Shown: positions 21,428-34,016 of the stretch, one piece after another | Position numbering within the stretch: the stretch's first letter is position 1 | How the letters are laid out: every line of letters starts with the position of its first letter | Assembly: GCA_030141605.1 (NCBI GenBank) | Contig: JAQGDQ010001548.1 | Coordinates: 1-35,084 of the forward strand | DNA from: Tubiluchus corallicola | Taxonomy: Eukaryota; Animalia; Priapulida | DNA: 35,084 nucleotides | Direction of reading: 5' to 3' | Notes under the pieces: model-generated | Seen by the model: the letters and a program-made list of their open reading frames with translations, nothing else | Database searches by the model: none | Told to the model about the DNA's origin: nothing | Program-made: the position numbers and the translations under genes

Positions 21428-21847
21428 CAGTCAACCCTCGTTAAACCGCACTAATTGGGGGGGGGGTCCGGTGTAGCCGATTGTCCGATTTATCCGATAT
21501 GCCTATATATGGCCTATATTATACAAGAATAATCACCTTAATAAGGCCTATATACATTGCACTATATACTATACTGTATATTACTTTAAAATAGTTAACC
21601 TGTGTGGATAAAGAAATTAGCGAGTGCTTTCAATGGGGTAAGCAAACTGAATTTTGGCGGGAATCGTAGCAGCCTGGGCGGCACCGCGAGCCGCTTCGGC
21701 CCGTCAATGGCTCGTGGTGAGTTGGTAGGCCGTGTTGTGTTTAGCGCTCCGGCTCGGTCGGAAATCGGTCAGTTTCCTTTACCACGGATGACGTCCGTCT
21801 TATCCGATATCCGGGCTAACGGGGTCCGGTTTAACGAGGGTCGACTG
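21428..21847. mobile_element. Tigger/pogo-like MITE
   Basis: 21-bp TIR CAGTC(A/G)ACCCTCGTTAAACCG, TA TSD. Confidence 0.88.
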
Positions 21848-22342
21848 TACTTTTTTAACTTAGAAAGCAAGGTATAGAAAATGTCCACATAAACAAAATT
21901 ATAAAATTACATGATTTTCAAGAGCTTTATGTGTTGGGAAGAACGTGTTGACGACCAAAACATTTTAGATCTTCAAATTCTTGAAACAAAGATAAGTTCT
22001 CGTGTATTGTAGGATTGTAATGATACATCTAGGTCACAACATAAAACATATCACGATACTAGCCTCACGATACATATCATAATACACCTATTAAGGCCAG
22101 TGTGAACCTAACTTAATAAATTTTAATTTTGTAGCGAAGGTGGCTCCATCTAGCTAGAAAGTTTAAAGTGTGGGCATTGACCTAGTTACGTTTTTCATTT
22201 ATGCTGTTCTGTTGTATGAGCGAACATGTGTCTTGTACAAGCTAGCGAACTTTTCATTAGATATGCCGCAACGATGTAAGTTTACTTCTATTAATTTTTA
22301 TTTTTATTTATTCATTGATTCATTATTCATTAACAATCTAAC

Positions 22343-22482
22343 TAAATCAGCCAATGTCAGTCACCTTTGCCTTTCTATTTTTGTTTTAAATGTTGCAGAA
22401 ATAAAGATCAGTGGTTTATATGAAAATTCAACTGAGACTTTTGAAGTTGTTATAAATGCCTCTCAGAGACACTAACAACACC
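22343..22482. repeat. Dispersed repeat; inverted copy at about 30692-30831
   Basis: CAGCCAATGTCAGTC...TTGCAGAAATAAAG...ATAAATGCCTCTCAGAGACACTAA matches reverse complement of the second site. Confidence 0.75.
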
Positions 22483-22670
22483 TGAGTTAATGTTCGAAAA
22501 CTACATAAAACTGTTGATAATAAATGATAAGCATATTTTATCAATCAACAGTTTAGGATTCCTAAATGCTAAAGTAATTTGACAAACTGTTTGATTTTAC
22601 TTTATTACTTGTATAATGTGCAGGTTACTGTTTGCATTATAAGTCACCAGAAAAATAAAATTTATGATTA

Positions 22671-23098
22671 CCGTATATACTCGCATATAAGCCGAATTTA
22701 GAACTATAAAATACAATACTGAAATCAGGGGGTCGGCTTATATGCGCATGAAACAAAATGAACACAAGGACAGACACTAATGCCAATTTTCCAGCCACAC
22801 ATTTTCATCGCTATCTGACTCTTTATTTGGTTGTGTGTCACCCAATGTATAATTTCTTCTAGTATGTAACATAAAAGTAAGCATTTTACATCTTTATAGT
22901 AAAAAATTTCTATGAACCAAAAATACCCAATTAACAAAATGTGACAAAAAGGGATCAATTTTGTTGATTGGGTATGGAGTAAAATTAGACAAGTTGATGG
23001 TCGGCTTATACACGGGTTTTTGCAAAAACTGGCCATTTTAAAGCAGTTTTAGGGGGTCGGCTTATATGCGATGTAGGCTTATATGCGAGTATATACGG
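22671..23098. mobile_element. Tc2/pogo-like MITE, family A copy 2 (inverted relative to 287-736)
   Basis: Same TIRs and TA TSD; arms nearly identical to copy 1. Confidence 0.9.
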
Positions 23099-23287
23099 TA
23101 CTTTAGATTTAAAAGTTGCTTGTGCAATTTCTCTTTTGCCATGTCATATATGTTCACAACGTACTTAGCCTACTTTTTAATTAAACACCTTGGATTTTAA
23201 ACCACTTTGGTTGCTAGCAGTGTCTGTGATAAGTCAAACTACTGATCTCAGAACTGATTGTTATACAATACAGTTGCAGCTTGAATG

Positions 23288-23555
23288 AGCCTTTTCACAG
23301 TTTTGTTGCGTGCACACGCAGTCGCTATAAGTCGGAGATTAAGTGTACCACAGCAACACGTCTTAGCTACGTCCATCACGTGACATGAGCTTAAAGCAAA
23401 GTCAGTTGTTTTCTTCAATTTTGCTTAATTATGCATTAGTCTGTGCGGAATCTTGCTTGGGACAAGAAAAAATGAACTAGGTAAGGTTCTATAGCTAGCA
23501 TTTGTCTCTTTTCTTAATTACTATTACAATAGCATGGGCTGCGAGGTGTCATCAA
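23288..23555. mobile_element. TIR element, family B copy 3 (partial, inverted)
   Basis: AGCCTTTTCACAGTT then reverse complements of family B blocks (AATTATGCATTAGTCTGTG, ATGAACTAGGTAA). Confidence 0.65.
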
Positions 23556-23569
23556 GTAATTTATAGGTG

Positions 23570-23887
23570 TCATCATAGCGCAATTTATTATCTTTCTTCC
23601 TACCACTTCCACTAACACATCTTTCTACCCTTCCTGTGTGGTCTAACCATTCTCCCAGTTCTTTTTTTGTTCACTCATCCATTCTTTTTTTATCGGGCTC
23701 ACATGACAATGGGCTTATACAAGCCTTTGCTTCTCTAGCCCACTGCAGTACAATTATTCTTTTATGATAATGATAGTGTATGAAACATAACAATTTAATA
23801 CCGTAGATGTAATAATTTTGATGTCACTGTGTGCTTAATGTCATTATATTGTACTGAATGTAATAATAATAAACTAAAAAAAATAAA
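23570..23887 (+). mobile_element. Possible LINE 3' UTR remnant
   Basis: Pyrimidine-rich tract, GGCTT-ATAC-AAGCC hairpin nested in TGGGCT...AGCCCA stem, A-rich tail with AATAAA. Confidence 0.35.
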
Positions 23888-23992
23888 CCCCGTTGATGTT
23901 GCTAGTTTATTCTTCACCTTAGCATACTCAAAAACACCCGAATAGTTACACTTCTACAGTTCTATAGATTTGGCACTGTGTAAAATACTTAC

Positions 23993-24103
23993 AATGTTAC
24001 TTTTCACGTCTATGTTAGGAAATTTCCGAACAATGTGTTTTATAGCACCTTCAAGAGTCTTATCAGAGAGAAATGCTGGTTTAGACTTAGGATCTCCACA
24101 GGC
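23993..24103 (-). CDS. NCKAP1: NCKAP1 coding exon 2
   Basis: tttcag|ACGDPKSKPAFLSDKTLEGAIKHIVRKFPNIDVKSNI|gtaagt; 111 nt, phase 0/0. Confidence 0.95.
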
Positions 24104-25167
24104 CTGAAATGAATAGTAAACAGCATAACAAAATTAATGTTGTCTTAAATATAAGAGTGTATTAACCAATAGAGTCACTAGGCTATAGCTGATGGCGCTA
24201 AATTTGAAGTTCTTATTCTCCTGTGTATAATTTCATATTCATGTAAAAGGCGCATTTTATAACACACCACAAACAGTTACTGTACGCAGCTTTTATGTAA
24301 GTGCCACATAACAATCAGGTGCAAGATACTGCACAACAAGCTAACACTTGTAATTAATAATGATAGGTAGACACTAGGTTAAGTGTTTCTAGTACACCAC
24401 AAGTACTTGTTTAACTGCTCATTACAAAAGCAACTGTATATTCATAAGAGAGATGGGCTTGTAAAGTCTCAATAAGCCCCTGCTTACACATTACAAGCGT
24501 AATAGCTTTTACATTTACTGGTAATACTCAGTAATTGTTTTCTGAGATATTATTCTAAAATAGTACTTAACAGTAGAACCATGAATGCATGGTAATAATA
24601 GTCACATTTATTAGTAGGGCTAATAGCACATTTGCATAATATGAAAATATAACAGAGCAAATATAATTAGAAAAAGCCATTAGAAGGTAAATTATACAAT
24701 CAGTGTAAAAGTGGGATTTATTCTAGGAACACCAACTGCAGGTACAACACAGAATAAGTACAGGCAGATCAGTTAGGTTTAGGTTAGGGTTAGGAATTCC
24801 TTAATAACTAAACAATTTTTGCAATTCCTTACTAACTAAACCATTCAAAAATATCAGATTTAAAATGTACTTTACTACTGAAAAATGTAATAATGTACAT
24901 TAGCCACCCATGATTTTCCTACTTAAATTGTGTAATTACAATTTCTTATTTAAAATATAATTATCTTGATAAGATAATAACAATGGATATTTTAACAATG
25001 GATTATCAATGAGACGAATCTTTATTATCAATTCAATTCAAGTAGTATTTATTAACTTAGCACAATTCAATTATCATATCAGCATAAGGTTGCCACAGAT
25101 GTCCTGATTTTTCTAGAATTGTCAAGTGTGCCACTTTTTCTAATCTGTCCCAGATTTTAGTGATAGC

Positions 25168-25347
25168 TTTCCCGGAGCTTCAGAAACATAAAAACAATGT
25201 AATACATGAAGAAAACATGTGCTCAGGTTTCCCGGAGCTTCAGAAACATAAAACAATGTAATACATGAAGAAAACATGTGCTCAGGTTTCCCGGAGCTTC
25301 AGAAACATAAAACAATGTAATACATGAAGAAAACATGTGCTCAGGTT
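25168..25347. repeat. 59-60-bp tandem repeat x3 (intron 1)
   Basis: TTTCCCGGAGCTTCAGAAACATAAAACAATGTAATACATGAAGAAAACATGTGCTCAGG. Confidence 0.9.
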
Positions 25348-25659
25348 GTTTAGCATTGATGCCACGGTCAAGTAGCTTGACCTACAGTTTTCATGACTCA
25401 TTGGTCAGTTACATTTTAAGCTGCTTCACAGTTGACCAGTGCAAACAATATTAATTTATCATCATCGGTCGGCTTCTGTCTTATTTTCATGCACAGCATT
25501 TATTTTAATGCTGCTATGAACTTAAAAGAAATATAAAAAACAAAAATCATGTATACCTGCCTAATTAAACCTTTTAAATCTAATTAACACCTGATTTAAC
25601 ATTTATGCTGTTGGATTCTGTGTTACAAGGAGGAAATCTTAGGTCTGCTCTGTCATGCT

Positions 25660-25730
25660 GGGCTGGTAGCTTAGGTGTTAGAGTGTGGGAGTACTATTTC
25701 CAGGTCTAGGGTTCAAATCCCAACTAGTCT
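25660..25730 (+). mobile_element. Degenerate tRNA-derived SINE head or tRNA pseudogene
   Basis: TAGCTTAGGTG (A-box-like) and GGTTCAAATCC (B box) at tRNA spacing. Confidence 0.5.
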
Positions 25731-26272
25731 ACAATTTTTCAGTCTCATTTCTCCAACTCATTACAAACAATAGATATAATTGGTAAAATAAACCACAAAT
25801 AGTTTATAAAGATTCTGGCAATCGCAGTTATAGTTAATTACTAAGTAAACTTTGTTGAGTAAAATAATATCTGAAGATTTGTTGGACTCAAAATTATGAT
25901 ACTAAAGTAAAGATTGCTTCAATTAGCATGTAGATCATGACAAACATCATTAATCCAGTAAAAAACTATTGTATACTACCACTAGTTATATCAATGCTAA
26001 TGATCTTAGTTTACAGTATGGTTTCTGCTCGACAGTAGCAACAAAACCAAGTGAAAATGCACTCCTCCCACTAAGAAAGCTTACGAAAAGATTCAATCAC
26101 CCAATTTCCCTCTTCCTCCCTAACTAACTTGTGCCTAATTTTTGAATATGGCATCAAACAGCCCAATAAATTGGTACGAGAGTATGGTAAATAAAAATTG
26201 GTTAACCGTGTGTACTTACTTTTCAGAATGCATAGTGAAAAAATAAACGTGCAGGCATTCAACGGTTATTAC

Positions 26273-26377
26273 CTTTTTAATATTGTAGATTCTAGTAAGC
26301 ATCCCTATTCCCCTGTCGTTCAAAATTGTCAGTTTCTCAGCCAGTTTCTGCTGGCTAACATTTACAGACCTCGCCAT
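26273..26377 (-). CDS. NCKAP1: Nck-associated protein 1 (Nap1/Hem/Kette), coding exon 1
   Basis: Translates [35 protein letters not shown], matching the conserved NCKAP1 N-terminus ([26 protein letters not shown]); followed by GTAATA donor. Confidence 0.96.
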
Positions 26378-28200
26378 ATTCAGGAAGGTGAATTCTTACA
26401 GCCTGAGAAGAGTGAACATGTGATTATTTGGCGCCGAGTAATACGTATGTGAAAAACCATTTACGCTTGCAACTTAAAGTCCATTTTCCTTAAAAATTAC
26501 ATGCCAAAACTACAAAAACTCCCAAATTTTGTAAAACTAAAAACTGTTTTGACCGGAAACAGCGAATTTCGATAATCTAGACGCACGAAAATGTGGTCCC
26601 GGTATTTTCCTCTTGTTTCAACGCCATAAATAATTTGTCAGTAAGTTTACTAAGTTAGATTAGAATTAGATTAGTAATTTATTTTTCTCCATAAATTCAC
26701 ATTAGTTTAACCATAAAATATACAAAAATACAAATAAACATAGGAGAAAGGGTGGCGAAAAACCAAATGTTAGCAAGTCAACCACCCTTTTCAGAAAGAC
26801 AAGTAAACAACATGGCGCTAATGACAGAAAGAAAAAACTATGAAAAATACATAAACATCCATAAATATAAAAAATATGACAATAAAAATACAAAAACCAA
26901 TCATTCCTAACAAAAGTCTAGAGTAAATTAATCAAATAGATGTAAATGCCATGAAAACATGAGGACGTGATCAATAAACGTGCAAAAGGTGAACTAGCAA
27001 GTGGAAACATTTGCCCCTTCCAGTGAGGGATAATGTGTGATCATTTGTCTTAAAGGACTTACATATTCCCAGAAATTGGAAAAATTAGATCTATATCGGG
27101 TTTACTGATGTTGACACAAACCAGTTTTTTAAACTCAATTACATGAGCACACTGTGCTATTTTTCAAGTATAGTGTTAATACCGAAAGGTATACAATAGT
27201 TTTCTCAAGCTGAAGAGGCTATGGGGAACTCATTACCAGAATCATTAGTATATAAATATAGATTGCTATTTTATAGACAATAGATTTATAGATTTATTGT
27301 ATACAATGTCAATGTGTACATGTGTACACGTACATGTACATACAGTATGCCACAATATGTAACATAAAAAAATTATAAATCATCAGCACATGAAGACATA
27401 TCAAGTCAACACTATAAGAAAACTTTTGCAGTGTTAACTTAATGAATGGCATGAATGAAAAAAGAAAATGGATGAAAGTTATTGAAGGGAATGGTATATA
27501 CATAATTTTTAATATTTAGATGATATCAAAGTGGGATTGGCATGTGCAAGCCGAGACCTACCGAATGTCAAAATTAAAAAAGGCAAATTTCTCACACATG
27601 GTCAAAAACACGAGAAAACATATACAAAAACTTATGGTAACATGGCCAAATGAGAGGGCAACATACACTACAGGGTCCTTTACAAGCCTCTATTTTAAAA
27701 AATTATTTAGCAAATTTCGACTAGAGTTGGATTAGCAAACTATATGTCTGTACCACCATTTTACACCTAAGATACTTGATGAAATATTTCACAATTTTTT
27801 TTTACAAAACTTTGCAAATCTTTTTAGCAGTCAACTAACAATACAAATTTTTTTCCTGTTGGTTTCAGGCTGCTTACGCGATAAAAATTCCTGATTACTA
27901 TTGTCGACGGTAAATTTTGTGTTGTGGTCGTGTGAGAGTATAGAAAACATAGGTTACGAAACGCACAGTGCGTGATGACGTCATCGAATTATGCGTTTAA
28001 GTACACAATTTCAGACTTTTAGGTAGCTGTCAACTAAAAAATATAACTTCAGAATAATCTGTTTTCATCTACGAAATTCAGCCGAAAATAGGCTTGTATT
28101 TGTCAGTAGACGAAAGATCGAACATTTGTTTTAATAGAAATGTCCGTATTCCGACCTCAAATTTGTAATAGCTCTGTGACATTCGCAATTTGATGTACGC
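26378..28200. promoter_or_regulatory. Divergent intergenic/promoter region between NCKAP1 and CDK12
   Basis: Opposite gene orientations; CpG-rich patches about 26430-26625 and 27870-28420; ETS-like CCGGAA at 26553. Confidence 0.5.
27974..27985. promoter_or_regulatory. Full CRE/ATF site
   Basis: Perfect palindrome GATGACGTCATC containing TGACGTCA. Confidence 0.5.
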
Positions 28201-28449
28201 ACGTCGAGTGTTATCTCCAAGAAGACATTTTGCAAAACAGCCTTCCGGTCGAGTCGGCTGCCTCGTTTGCGCTGATTATATTTCGTACAGAAATGTATTG
28301 TGTTTCATTTCGTAAACTTGGGTAACAGTATTGTTTACAAAGTTTGTCGCACTGGAAAACCGGTTACGTTGAACTGCTGCTTGGTTTTCGGTCGTAACGA
28401 AAGTGTCTGAAATGTGAATCTATCTTCCTACAACTGCATACTTATACAG
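28200..28449 (+). other. Probable non-coding 5' UTR exon of CDK12 (start approximate)
   Basis: CpG-enriched patch ending in CAG|gtaatg at 28449/28450; the acceptor at 33280 implies an upstream exon. Confidence 0.4.
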
Positions 28450-28639
28450 GTAATGAATTTTCACAATTATAATAAACAAACATTTACTGGGTTAGTATTA
28501 CTAAACATGTCCACTAGAAAATAACTTAGGAAAGATTCAAATGGAATTTTTCTAAACCCCTTTTTCTGCTAAGTTATCGTTCGACGACCTTTTTCATAAT
28601 TTTTTCAGTTCGAGTCTAGGCATTCTTTATTTATATATG

Positions 28640-28880
28640 TAGTCACTACCAACATAGATAGAGACAGTAGTTAAAAGACTTTCAGTAGCATAAATAACTG
28701 GACCAAGAACCTGCTTTTGGCCTGTTTGAAATACCTAGATTTCTCCAAATATCTTCCTAACTCCTTTCTGAAATCATTTGTTGAATTTACATTGATTGCT
28801 TTCTTGAGAAGATTGTTCTATGTATTTTCCACCTGTTAAGTCAAACTATTTCTTTAAAAATTGGCGCAGTGATTGTCTAA
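28640..28880 (-). mobile_element. Decayed CR1 LINE 3' fragment
   Basis: Minus strand RNSLT*QVENT*NNLLKKAINVNSTNDFRKELGRYL resembles CR1 ORF2 end (R.FF..RVV..WN.LP..V..A.S...FK..LD). Confidence 0.5.
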
Positions 28881-30691
28881 ATGATGTGCTATTATGGAAA
28901 ATGTAATTCTAATTAGTTACACAATATTTAGGTCAGTTGACTGAAGTAACTATGCAGGTCTTCATAGAGAGACTCCCGGAAATTGTGACATGGCTTTACA
29001 AAATTTGTTAACATCGCTACTTAGTTAGTATTTTCTTATACATTTGAACGTGGTATGTGTATAAACTATTGTTTACAAGTTAGTATACAGCTGACTAGGC
29101 ACATGTGAAGAAAGCTAGCTGATACTTTGAACAAGATTAACTTTGAATAGTACTTTGATAAAATTAAGCTACAAAGTATGTTCAGTTGTTTTTTTGCTTG
29201 GCATTATCTAATTGCTTTAACTGTTATCTGACGAACTTTATGAAAAACTTGTTACTGTGCAGTAATGCGCTAAAATATAGCATTTGCAAACTTCCCAACT
29301 TCAACAGATCTTTGTCAGAACTTCAACAGATCTTTGTCAGTTATAGTTATTATACTCTGAATTGATTCAACACAGCATAGGCAAATTATGTAAAAAGAGT
29401 TTCCCAACTTACTAACATTTATTACAGTAATTTTATGCTATCTATTTTTTACAGCTTGCATTGAAGATCATTTGCATTGCTGCTGTTGTATGTTATGGAG
29501 TTAACAGAGCAAGTCACAGGTCTGCTTGCTTTTGCTCGTGTGAGCTTGTAAATTATATAAATGCGGCGTAACTTGTTATAAATCAAATGAAATTAACAGA
29601 GACTGTCTTGTTTTTAATCGACTCCATATGTTCTTATTACTTTTCCGTATGACTTTGTTAACCATTTTGTAAATTAAGTTGAATAATTCTAGCTAAATAG
29701 GTGTAAACATTTCATTTCCATTCCTTTTTGATTTTACTTGTAGTCCTAACTTTTTTATAGTCAAGCTCAGCGGTTTTTTCTATTCACGTTTAATTCATGT
29801 AATTAAAGACATTTCAAGTACATCAGTTACTTCATCCTGTTTTTATTTCACACTCAGTCAATTTTACTGCACTGTGTTACCCCTTCCTATATTATTATTA
29901 TTATGTAAAAATTAATATAGCACCCTAAATATGTAAAAATACTCAGTTGCGCTTTACAATGAAAGATCCTACAAAGCCTAAAATAAATCATAAAACTATA
30001 TGCATTGTAAAGAAAAGTCTTGAAAATTTAAGTTAAAAAATCAATATAAAATCTAGTTAGCAAAACATAGGCAAAATTAAATGCATTTTAATGCCCATAC
30101 TCTAACTTGCATTACCTACCTTATTGATTGCACCATGGACACATAGTTTCCATGTTTCCATAGCACCTTATAAATGATATTTTGAAATGTGAATGAATAT
30201 AAATTAAGTTTCACATTGTGATGCAATTGTCAATGATTTCTTCAAATATTAGACAATTGCTTACATTTAGTCTGTAATGGGCTTACTTTTAGATAAATGT
30301 TTTAGGTAGTAGAATTATGCATAACATTGTGCAAACCTAGACATCAAGTGAAAATGTCTATTGTTACGTCTTTCTAATTTCTAGCTGTAGAATTGATATA
30401 GGTCGCCCACTTGCTATGATTTCTAATTTACACGTATAGTTTGGATTTTTATTTATCTAGTGGTTTATTTATTTTACTGAGATGATTTATTTATAAAATG
30501 AGTTTATGGAGAGTGAGAGAAGAAACTCCTCTTTTCTGTTATGTAACCCTCCAAAAACACTTTCAAAAATGCCTGTACATTTGATGCATGCAATAACTTA
30601 GGAAGAGAACCCAGACCAGAGGATGGCGCAAGCGGTCATAAAATTACGTCTATTGCTGTCATCATAAATCATAAGAAATTATACCATTGAG

Positions 30692-30831
30692 AGGTTTTAG
30701 TGTCTCTGAGAGGCATTTATGACAAATCTTCAAAAGTCTAAGTTCAATTTCATGTAAACCACTGACCTTTATTTCTGCAATATTTAAAAACTATAATAGA
30801 ATAGCGAAATCGACTGACATTGGCTGAATTT
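30692..30831. repeat. Dispersed repeat; inverted copy of 22343-22482
   Basis: TTAGTGTCTCTGAGAGGCATTTAT...CTTTATTTCTGCAA...GACTGACATTGGCTG. Confidence 0.75.
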
Positions 30832-31166
30832 ATGAAAACGTACATCACTCTCGCAAGAAGATTTCTGGTACTTCCTGTTTTACCGCACAATTCACATTTC
30901 ACTGCATGTTTCACAGTTTCAAATATAAAAATTATCCAATAGTAACGAAGTTATAAGTTTAATTAATATTTTATTAATTAAAAATTCCATTTTTATATTC
31001 GCAGTAAATTTTTTTTAAGTATTGAACACAGGTTATAAGGAAGTTTGCAGCAGAAGCTATGTGCTTGTAGTATGACTTCGTTACTTTTGGAACCTTACTT
31101 GTGAAAAGTGTAGCTGTGCTTCAATGACATTAAGCGCTGAAATAAATGTCATGAAATTTGCATATA

Positions 31167-31663
31167 CAGTCTAGCCTCGTTATCTCGCCACTGTCCGTCT
31201 AGGGCCAATTTTTGGCGAGAGGCGAGTATGGCGAGATAACGGGAATATAACGAAGTTAGTCTATATGTGTATACATAATAGTTGATTAACATAGTGTTCC
31301 TCTATGTACATATAAAATATATTTCGCATTATGATACCAATCAACATTAAATCAGAAATGAAAAAATGTCATAAAAATGTCATTAATTATGTCTGTCTAT
31401 CGAGTACAGCAGCATTGTCTACATACCGCGGTTATATTGATCGACACTTGGTATATGTATTGATCGATTCACCTCTGAGTTTGTCTGTTTGGCGACATAA
31501 CGAATATAGTTTACATAAGCACTCATCCTAGCATGACGTGGCGAGAAGCGAGGGTGGCGACTTAACGAGGTAAATATCAAAGCAGGAAATCCGTCCTGGT
31601 ACTTTCTATGGCGAGAGACGAGTTTGGCGGCATAACGAGGGGCGAGATAACGAGGCTAGACTG
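31167..31663. mobile_element. Tigger/pogo-like MITE
   Basis: Perfect 23-bp TIR CAGTCTAGCCTCGTTATCTCGCC, TA TSD, several internal GGCGAGATAACGAG-like repeats. Confidence 0.9.
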
Positions 31664-32666
31664 TATATCATGAACCATCACTAAAAGAAAACTGCACCCT
31701 ATCTTAAATTGTAGGTAAAAACAATTTATTCTGTGAAAGCTTGAAAGGAAACAAACGTAATTTCTCGTTCGGCTAGGTTTTTGCTGTTACATACATTTTG
31801 CCATTAGGTAGTTAGATCTGCGCTAGCGCCTGCATGTCGGAAAAGCATTGCAGAAAAATGGGTGCTGTACCTCTCAGGTCAGTGGTTTTCAGTTGTGACA
31901 TAGTGCACACACTCGAGAGCTAATGAGTCATGAGTGAGTCAGCGGTAAACTTGAAATTGTTTGTGCTGTTGAAAATTGTGTTCGGGTATGATGTCATTAC
32001 TAGTTGGGCTACCTCCCTATTAATTAAGGCTTTTAACCTGCTATTTAATGACCCGAAATGCTTTGGCATTATTGTATGTGTTAAAATGTATACATTTTAC
32101 CGTACTTCAAATTGGGATAAGATATGAAAAAATCATCCTGTTTTCCTTTAATTATACATCTACAGTTAGACTGAAGTTTTTTCAGTTGAATAACGTACAG
32201 CGTAAATAAGCATGCGGGCGTACGTGAGCCTACTTGTGTTTCATGCGTATCTTATATGAGTTTTACATGAAAACAGTTTATGGTGAAACCGCGTCCCTGT
32301 GCTAAGGCCTATTGTTTGCTTATTTGTTGTTTCTTGTGCGAAATTATATAATACGTAATTAACAATGATCATGGCTAAGCAACTTCAGAACAGGCTTGAC
32401 CTATTCAAACTCATTAGCTTCACGCTGCTAGGAAATCGGGATAATCATTTGGATAGATTCGCGCTAGGAAAGTGCCGCTAAGCTGCCAAAACGCGTTAAA
32501 TGGCCATGGATGCTCAAGCAAATTAACGGTGGAAGAATACACAAGTGAAAATTTTTTGACTATTAGGCAAGAACTTGAAATACTTAATTGTAGTGCTGAA
32601 AACGAGCAGAGGAGTTGATTACTAACAAGAACATATTCTGCGTTATTGTCTACTGCGTACCTCTCT

Positions 32667-33071
32667 CTCATGCCCACACTGTATTTCGACACTAGGCGGA
32701 GGAGCTGCACAAGCAGCCAACGGCTAGAGGGCAGAGAAGGTCAAGTGACCCAACGGCCATATGTAGCGGAGTAAACCTTCGAAATCAGGAGTGGAGCCCC
32801 GAAGGCGGACCAGTGCAGCATGCTCACTGACTCCGGCAGCTCCTGCAGCCAACCTGGTGCCAAACGTATCGGAGGAAGAGAGGGGGTTCCTGTTGTCTGG
32901 GCAACTCAGGATCTCCATACACCTTGCCCAGGCGTGCGCCCTGGAGACTTTCAAGGATCACACTGCTCAGCCACAGTCTACGCTGCAGCTCCATCAATAT
33001 GATCAATAGCTGACTCTCTTGACACACACTCCATTGTCTTCCGAGACAGAAGGAGGCCAACAACAACAACA
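32667..33071 (+). mobile_element. Non-autonomous bipartite RTE-clade retroelement (5' UTR joined to 3' end)
   Basis: RTE-like 5' UTR (CGGCAGCTCCTGCAGCCAA.CTGGTGCCAAACG, GGGCAACTCAGGATCTCCATA); ORF-end remnant SHSLRCSS; 3' CCATTGTCTTCCGAGACAGAAGGA plus (CAA)n tail; TSD ACCTCTCT (32659-32666, 33072-33079). Confidence 0.75.
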
Positions 33072-33284
33072 ACCTCTCTTATTCCCAGTACAGAATGCAA
33101 TAGGTCAGCAGTATCATCAACCACTGCAAGAGTTACATAGCGGTGAATGAATGACACTTTTGTCACCAATTAATTGTTTAGTGGCCTGTTTCACCGCGGG
33201 CAGTTTTCGTATGAAGTCCATATTATGCTAAAAGTTGTTTTAAAGGGCTTTGATTTAAAAAAAGATCTTTTTTATTTCAGCAGG

Positions 33285-33835
33285 ATGCCAGGTACGGGAA
33301 GTAAGAGCCATTCTCGTCAACATTCCAGGAGTGCCAGTCCATTCCGTTCGAAACGCGACAAGCCTCACAAGAAAGAACGCCGAGAGAAAGAGAAGTACAA
33401 AAAGGCGAAGAGAAAGAAGCATAAGACGTCCAAACCCAGCAAGCCTCTTGTCGAGTACGACGACGTGAGTTCCAATTCTTCGTTCTACTCACACGAGAGT
33501 AAGTCGCCGTCGCCGACCGTCAGTCGAGTATCTTCAAAGAAACGTTCGCGCGCCGTGTCGCCCGCTACGGAAATACTGGCCTATAAGCAGAAGCAGCTGG
33601 AACGGGAACACAGTTCAAGGACGAGCTCTCCAGTTCGTAATGCGAAGCCGACCTCCATGAAACCCATGTATGACACTGCGCCAGTATCGTCAGCACAGAA
33701 GAAGGGGATAGAGCCGCCTAAAGCTTATCGAACAAATTCTCCTACCAGATACGTTCCTCCTCCAATGAAACGTAGATATTCTCCACCAGATGACGCATCT
33801 AGGTCCAAGTCTCGTAGAGATGGAAGCCCAGAAAG
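33285..33835 (+). CDS. CDK12: CDK12/CDK13-family kinase, first coding exon (basic, RS/SP-rich N-terminus); gene continues beyond the window
   Basis: MPGTGSKSHSRQHSRSASP...KRKKHKTSKPSKPLVEYDDVSSNS...; KPLVEYDD(I/V)SS after a K/H-rich stretch is the CDK12/13 N-terminal motif; acceptor tttatttcag at 33280, donor AG|gtatg at 33835; kinase domain not in window. Confidence 0.82.
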
Positions 33836-34016
33836 GTATGCTCAAGTTGTTTTTAGGTTTACATCCGTATTACACGTATTTTTCAACAAGCTGAATGTTA
33901 TAACTAGCAGTTAATTGATTTATGATGGCCCTTTTGAAAGAATGGGTTATTCAGAGCCGGTTTTAAGCCCGTTAGACAGGTTTGTTCAAATTGAGCCCCG
34001 CACTCGAGCTGAGGAT

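Noticed and set aside
25086-25825. Possible hAT element with AGGTTGCCA...TGGCAATC ends
   Set aside because: TIR match too short and no TSD.
33174-33284. N-terminal extension of the 246-aa ORF (and its tail after 33835)
   Set aside because: Starts at TTG, crosses a clear polypyrimidine/AG acceptor, and reads through a donor; intronic.
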